From a virus (lineage: Duplodnaviria > Heunggongvirae > Uroviricota > Caudoviricetes), in IMG/VR virus record IMGVR_UViG_2563366836_000013, positions 1 through 40,666 of that record: a stretch of 40,666 nucleotides of DNA; one strand, 5' to 3'. Of this stretch, positions 36,993 through 40,666 are shown piece by piece. A program made the translations under genes and the position numbers. Below the pieces are notes generated by a model, which saw only the letters and a program-made list of their open reading frames with translations, was not told the origin of the DNA and searched no databases. How positions within the stretch are numbered: position 1 is the first letter of the stretch; the number at the start of each line of letters is the position of its first letter.

Positions 36993-38468
36993 CTAAAGTG
37001 AATCTATTCCATTTTTCCAAATAAGAACTTTTTTGTCTTGTATTTTATGAGTGCTATCAGGCTGCCCAAACTGTTTTATGGCCTTTTCCTCTTGCTCTAC
37101 ATCATCAGCAATTAAAAAATTAGCTCCTTTTTGGTACCATTCTTTTTTTGATAACCAATTATATGGTGTGAATCTATCACCATACGACTCAAATGGAGCT
37201 ACGTTGATATCACTAAATCCAGCAACAGATGATGCAAACCAAAATGATGCATAACCTCTTTGTAGTTTATTTTTTATTAAGAAATCTCTTAATTCTATTG
37301 TAATATCATTTTTATTAACAATGTTTTTTGTTGTTGCCATCGTTGGCAACGATAACGCAATAACGATTAATGATATTAGTAAATTTGTCTTCACTGGTAA
37401 GGAGAAAGAATTTCTAGCAATCACAATTGACATGAAAATAAACGTTGGGACTATGTATCTAATTGAGAAAAGATTTGTTGGCCTGTCACTTGAAACATAG
37501 GCAATCAACATGACTAATGATGATACAATAAGAACCTGGTCAATAAAATCAATTTCTTTAAATTTAAGAATGTTTTTATAAGATAAAAATAAGAATACAA
37601 AAATGAAAAACACCTTTATCATGGTGAATAATGAGTTAAAGCTACCTATCTCCATTCCAAACGCGTACCCACCAAAAAATTTGAATACGCCCATGATAAC
37701 AAGAGATATGTTGCTTGTTATTTGTTGAAACTCTACTATGTGAGGTTTGGTTATGCCTGGCAGGTTAAATCCACCAAGCTTAATGAATATAAATGATATG
37801 AGCTCAGCAATAAATATAGATGATATAGTGAAAACCAACAATAACAAATCATTAGTATTCAACGAATCTCTTTTCATTAGAGAAGCATACATTCTATATA
37901 TGCAAACAAAAACTATAGGTATTATAAAGGCATATTTAGATATATCATCACTAAAAACAAGCAACGATAACATAAATACATATGGAAAAAGTAATTTTAA
38001 ATCATTTTTCTTTCTGTATCTATCTATTATTAGTATGATCGCCAGCATGTAAATGTACGCACCAATATGTATACATGCTATAAGCATTATACTTGATGAG
38101 AAAACCGTTGGAATTCCAAATACAGAAAGAACAGGCCATAACGATGCCCTGCTTTTAGTATGAGAGATATATAGCGATAGTGTTACTAACATAGACATGA
38201 AAATTCCAGGCACAATATAGTACAGATTTTCATTAAATCCTATTATTTTTATCGCTATAGCATATGGTATTATTTCTGTGAAATAGAATGATACAGTTGA
38301 TAAATCCCACCCACTGAGAAAAATATTTCCTTCAGTAATATCCCTTGCCTCTCTGAATGAAGACATGACATCTGAGTTTGGAATTATGTTTTTAGCAATC
38401 ATTGAGTAAATTATTGATAATACAATAAATGTTGCCAGCCAATATAAAAGCTCAAGCTTCTTGCTCAT
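36993..38468 (-). CDS. GtrC-type serotype-specific O-antigen glucosyltransferase (polytopic membrane protein)
   Basis: 491 aa, very AT-rich, many TM helices, immediately downstream of gtrA-gtrB (ATGA-coupled). Confidence 0.8.
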   Translation of the reverse strand: MSKKLELLYWLATFIVLSIIYSMIAKNIIPNSDVMSSFREARDITEGNIFLSGWDLSTVSFYFTEIIPYAIAIKIIGFNENLYYIVPGIFMSMLVTLSLYISHTKSRASLWPVLSVFGIPTVFSSSIMLIACIHIGAYIYMLAIILIIDRYRKKNDLKLLFPYVFMLSLLVFSDDISKYAFIIPIVFVCIYRMYASLMKRDSLNTNDLLLLVFTISSIFIAELISFIFIKLGGFNLPGITKPHIVEFQQITSNISLVIMGVFKFFGGYAFGMEIGSFNSLFTMIKVFFIFVFLFLSYKNILKFKEIDFIDQVLIVSSLVMLIAYVSSDRPTNLFSIRYIVPTFIFMSIVIARNSFSLPVKTNLLISLIVIALSLPTMATTKNIVNKNDITIELRDFLIKNKLQRGYASFWFASSVAGFSDINVAPFESYGDRFTPYNWLSKKEWYQKGANFLIADDVEQEEKAIKQFGQPDSTHKIQDKKVLIWKNGIDSL

Positions 38469-39382
38469 TTTTTACCCTTAAGTACATACTTTGGACGCTG
38501 CTTAACTTCAATGTAAATTCTACCAATATACTCACCGAGCACTCCAATCCCAATTAACTGGATGCCGCCAAGAAATAATATTGATACAAGAATTGAAGGG
38601 TATCCAGGTACATTATTACCAAAAATTAATTTATCAATTATCATCCATGAACCGTATGTAAATGATATACATGCAATAAATAACCCAATATAGGTCCACA
38701 TGCGAAGCGGGAATGTTGAGAAGCTAGTGATCCCTTCCAGCGCCAAGTTCCATAGCTTCCATCCATTGAACTTTGTGCTTCCTGCAACGCGTTCTGCTCG
38801 CGCATATTCTACGACATCGGTTCGACCACCAACCCAGCTCAGCACACCCTTCATAAACAGGTTTCGTTCTGGCATGAGCTTAATGTTTTCTACTACTTCG
38901 CGAGACATGAGCCGGAAGTCGCCAACATTCTCTTCTATCTGAGGGTTGCTGATTTTGTTATGAAGTTTATAGAACCACTCAGCAGATTTACGCTTCAGCC
39001 TGCTGTCAGTGGAGCGGTCAGAGCGTTTAGCCAGAACCATATCTGCACCGGCCTGCCATTTCTCTATCAAGTGAGGAATAACTTCGATAGGGTCTTGCAG
39101 ATCAACGTCAATCGGGATAATTGCCTCCCCGGTAGCATGGTCCAGACCTGCGAACAGGGCGGGTTCTTTGCCGAAGTTACGTGTGAACGACAGCGAAACA
39201 ACAAGCGGGTCGGCAACAGCAAGCTCGTTGATAATTGATTCTGTAGCGTCTTTGCTGCCATCGTTTATGAAGACTATCTCGACTTCATGCTGCTGAAGCC
39301 CTTCAAATTCGCGCACAGTTTTATAAAAAATAGGTATCGTGGCCTCTTCGTTAAAGACCGGAACGACTAAAGAAATTTTCAT
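38465..39382 (-). CDS. gtrB: GtrB bactoprenol glucosyltransferase (GT2 family)
   Basis: 305 aa, [13 protein letters not shown]...FINDGSKD...DVDLQDP GT2 motifs and C-terminal TM helices. Confidence 0.92.
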   Translation of the reverse strand: MKISLVVPVFNEEATIPIFYKTVREFEGLQQHEVEIVFINDGSKDATESIINELAVADPLVVSLSFTRNFGKEPALFAGLDHATGEAIIPIDVDLQDPIEVIPHLIEKWQAGADMVLAKRSDRSTDSRLKRKSAEWFYKLHNKISNPQIEENVGDFRLMSREVVENIKLMPERNLFMKGVLSWVGGRTDVVEYARAERVAGSTKFNGWKLWNLALEGITSFSTFPLRMWTYIGLFIACISFTYGSWMIIDKLIFGNNVPGYPSILVSILFLGGIQLIGIGVLGEYIGRIYIEVKQRPKYVLKGKK

Positions 39383-39741
39383 TTCGCATCCCTAAAGACA
39401 ATGAACTTTGAATAGACGAAACCGCACACCAGGCTGATGGCGGAGAAGGTGACAAGAGTTATCATCGGGGGAAGTGCGCATCTATCAGCAGCCCATCCAA
39501 CAGTAGCACTGAGTGTTCCCATGAACCCGACATATAACATGTAGCGCATCGTTGTAGTTGATGCTTTGAATGTGAATTTTGCATTCGCGAAGAAGCTAAA
39601 ACTCACAGCCACAACGAAACCTGCGAAGTTTGCCAGAGCCTGATTGGTATGCGCGGCATAGATACATACACCAAAAACCACCCAGTGTATAAGTGTGTTC
39701 AGCACACCAATCGAGGTGTACCTTGCAAATATATTTAACAT
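39379..39741 (-). CDS. gtrA: GtrA flippase (bactoprenol-linked glucose translocase)
   Basis: 120 aa, four TM helices, GtrA-like; first gene of operon. Confidence 0.9.
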   Translation of the reverse strand: MLNIFARYTSIGVLNTLIHWVVFGVCIYAAHTNQALANFAGFVVAVSFSFFANAKFTFKASTTTMRYMLYVGFMGTLSATVGWAADRCALPPMITLVTFSAISLVCGFVYSKFIVFRDAK

Positions 39742-39895
39742 TTATTTAATCAATGAGTTCTGAAAGGTATGAAGTCTATCATCCAAGTCTCAATCGATCG
39801 ATACTTGCGGTAGTTGATGAGGAAAACTCTGGTACACAAAGCTTTGCACTGGACTGCAAGGTGTTGTGCTTCTCTGGAGTGCGATATGTTTGATG

Positions 39896-39939
39896 ACAAA
39901 AAATTAGCGCAAGAGGACAAAAAATCACCTTGCGCTAAT
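39896..39939 (-). terminator. Minus-strand rho-independent terminator upstream of the gtr promoter region
   Basis: 10-bp perfect inverted repeat TTAGCGCAAG / CTTGCGCTAA; on the minus strand the hairpin is followed by TTTTTTGT. Confidence 0.45.
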
Positions 39940-40110
39940 GCTCTGTCTCAGGTCACTAATACCATCTAAGTAGTTGATTCATAGTGACTGGATATGTTGT
40001 GTTTTGTAGTATCATGCAGTCTATTTTTTAGACTAAATGTATTTTAACGCATTGATATTATTGGCTTTTACTGTTTTGCGTTCAGCTTTTTTATACTAAC
40101 TTGAGCGAAA
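39925..40110. other. Prophage attR (P-O-B'): lambda-like P arm, 15-bp core 40085-40099, host B' arm
   Basis: ...GGTCACTAATACCATCTAAGTAGTTGATTCATAGTGACTG... P-arm-like sequence, core GCTTTTTTATACTAA, then CTTGAGCGAAACGGGAAGG (host B' arm as recalled). Confidence 0.88.
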
Positions 40111-40189
40111 CGGGAAGGTAAAAAGACAAAAAGTTGTTTTTAATACCTTTAAGTGATACCAGATGGCATAGCGCCATCTGGCAGAGTGA

Positions 40190-40666
40190 TTAACTAAACA
40201 TCGCAGTAATCGAGGCGCTTGCCAGAGAATGGAAATGGACGTTAAACCCGACCATCGCGCCGCTGGCACCTTCATCGACATCAATACGTTCTACATCCAG
40301 CGCGTGAACGGTAAAAATGTAGCGATGGGTTTCGCCTTTCGGCGGCGCTGCACCATCGTACCCGGTTTTACCAAAGTCGGTACGCGTCTGCAAAACGCCG
40401 TCTGGCATTGCTACCAGACCAGAGCCAAACCCTTGCGGTAATACGCGGGTATCAGCGGGTAAATTAACAACTACCCAGTGCCACCAGCCGGAGCCGGTTG
40501 GCGCATCCGGGTCGTAGCAGGTGACAACAAAACTTTTCGTTCCCGCAGGAACATCATCCCACGCCAGATGCGGTGAAACATTATCGCCATCGTAACCCAT
40601 GCCGTTAAAGACATGACGATGTGGCAACTTATCGCCATCGCGCAGATCATTACTGATGAGTTTCAT
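40190..40666 (-). CDS. ybhB: YbhB (PEBP / UPF0098 family protein), host gene flanking attB lambda
   Basis: 158 aa MKLISNDLRDGDKLPHRHVFNGMGYDGDN...; start codon at the window edge. Confidence 0.85.
   Translation of the reverse strand: MKLISNDLRDGDKLPHRHVFNGMGYDGDNVSPHLAWDDVPAGTKSFVVTCYDPDAPTGSGWWHWVVVNLPADTRVLPQGFGSGLVAMPDGVLQTRTDFGKTGYDGAAPPKGETHRYIFTVHALDVERIDVDEGASGAMVGFNVHFHSLASASITAMFS

Noticed and set aside
39742-39900. Dam/OxyR phase-variation switch upstream of gtrA
   Set aside because: Only a single GATC cluster was seen, without the multiple regularly spaced GATC sites and OxyR half-sites such switches need.

Overview
This window is the E. coli chromosomal attB(lambda) locus (ybhC on the left, ybhB on the right) occupied by a ~38.5 kb mosaic prophage, bounded by identical 15-bp core repeats GCTTTTTTATACTAA at 1559-1573 and 40085-40099. 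All calls rest on reading the supplied translations and the DNA by eye; no database search or computation was possible. Modules, left to right: a lambda-type int/xis/att module; CPS-53-like early-left genes (yfdT/S/R/Q/P-like); a CI / Cro(YdaS-like) / CII(YdaT-like) immunity region; an O-like replication initiator with embedded iterons; an orphan N6-adenine methyltransferase, RusA, a KilA-N protein, a DUF968/HNH protein and a Q-like antiterminator; a lysis cassette (two holin-like proteins, GH19 endolysin, Rz/Rz1); HK97-like head genes (HNH, TerS, TerL, portal, protease, major capsid); a Mu-like contractile tail; tail fiber and assembly genes; and a gtrABC O-antigen glucosylation operon next to attR (an SfV-like layout). 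The window opens inside an IS3-family transposase 3' fragment. The best candidates for undescribed functions are three AT-rich insertions: a 261-aa protein with a HEPN-like R-N-x3-H motif between Q and the holin, a 168-aa orphan between the spanins and the HNH gene, and a 5'-truncated OB-fold gene on the opposite strand between the tape measure and baseplate genes. A fourth is an opposite-strand zinc-ribbon gene with a structured GC-rich upstream region beside the repressor.
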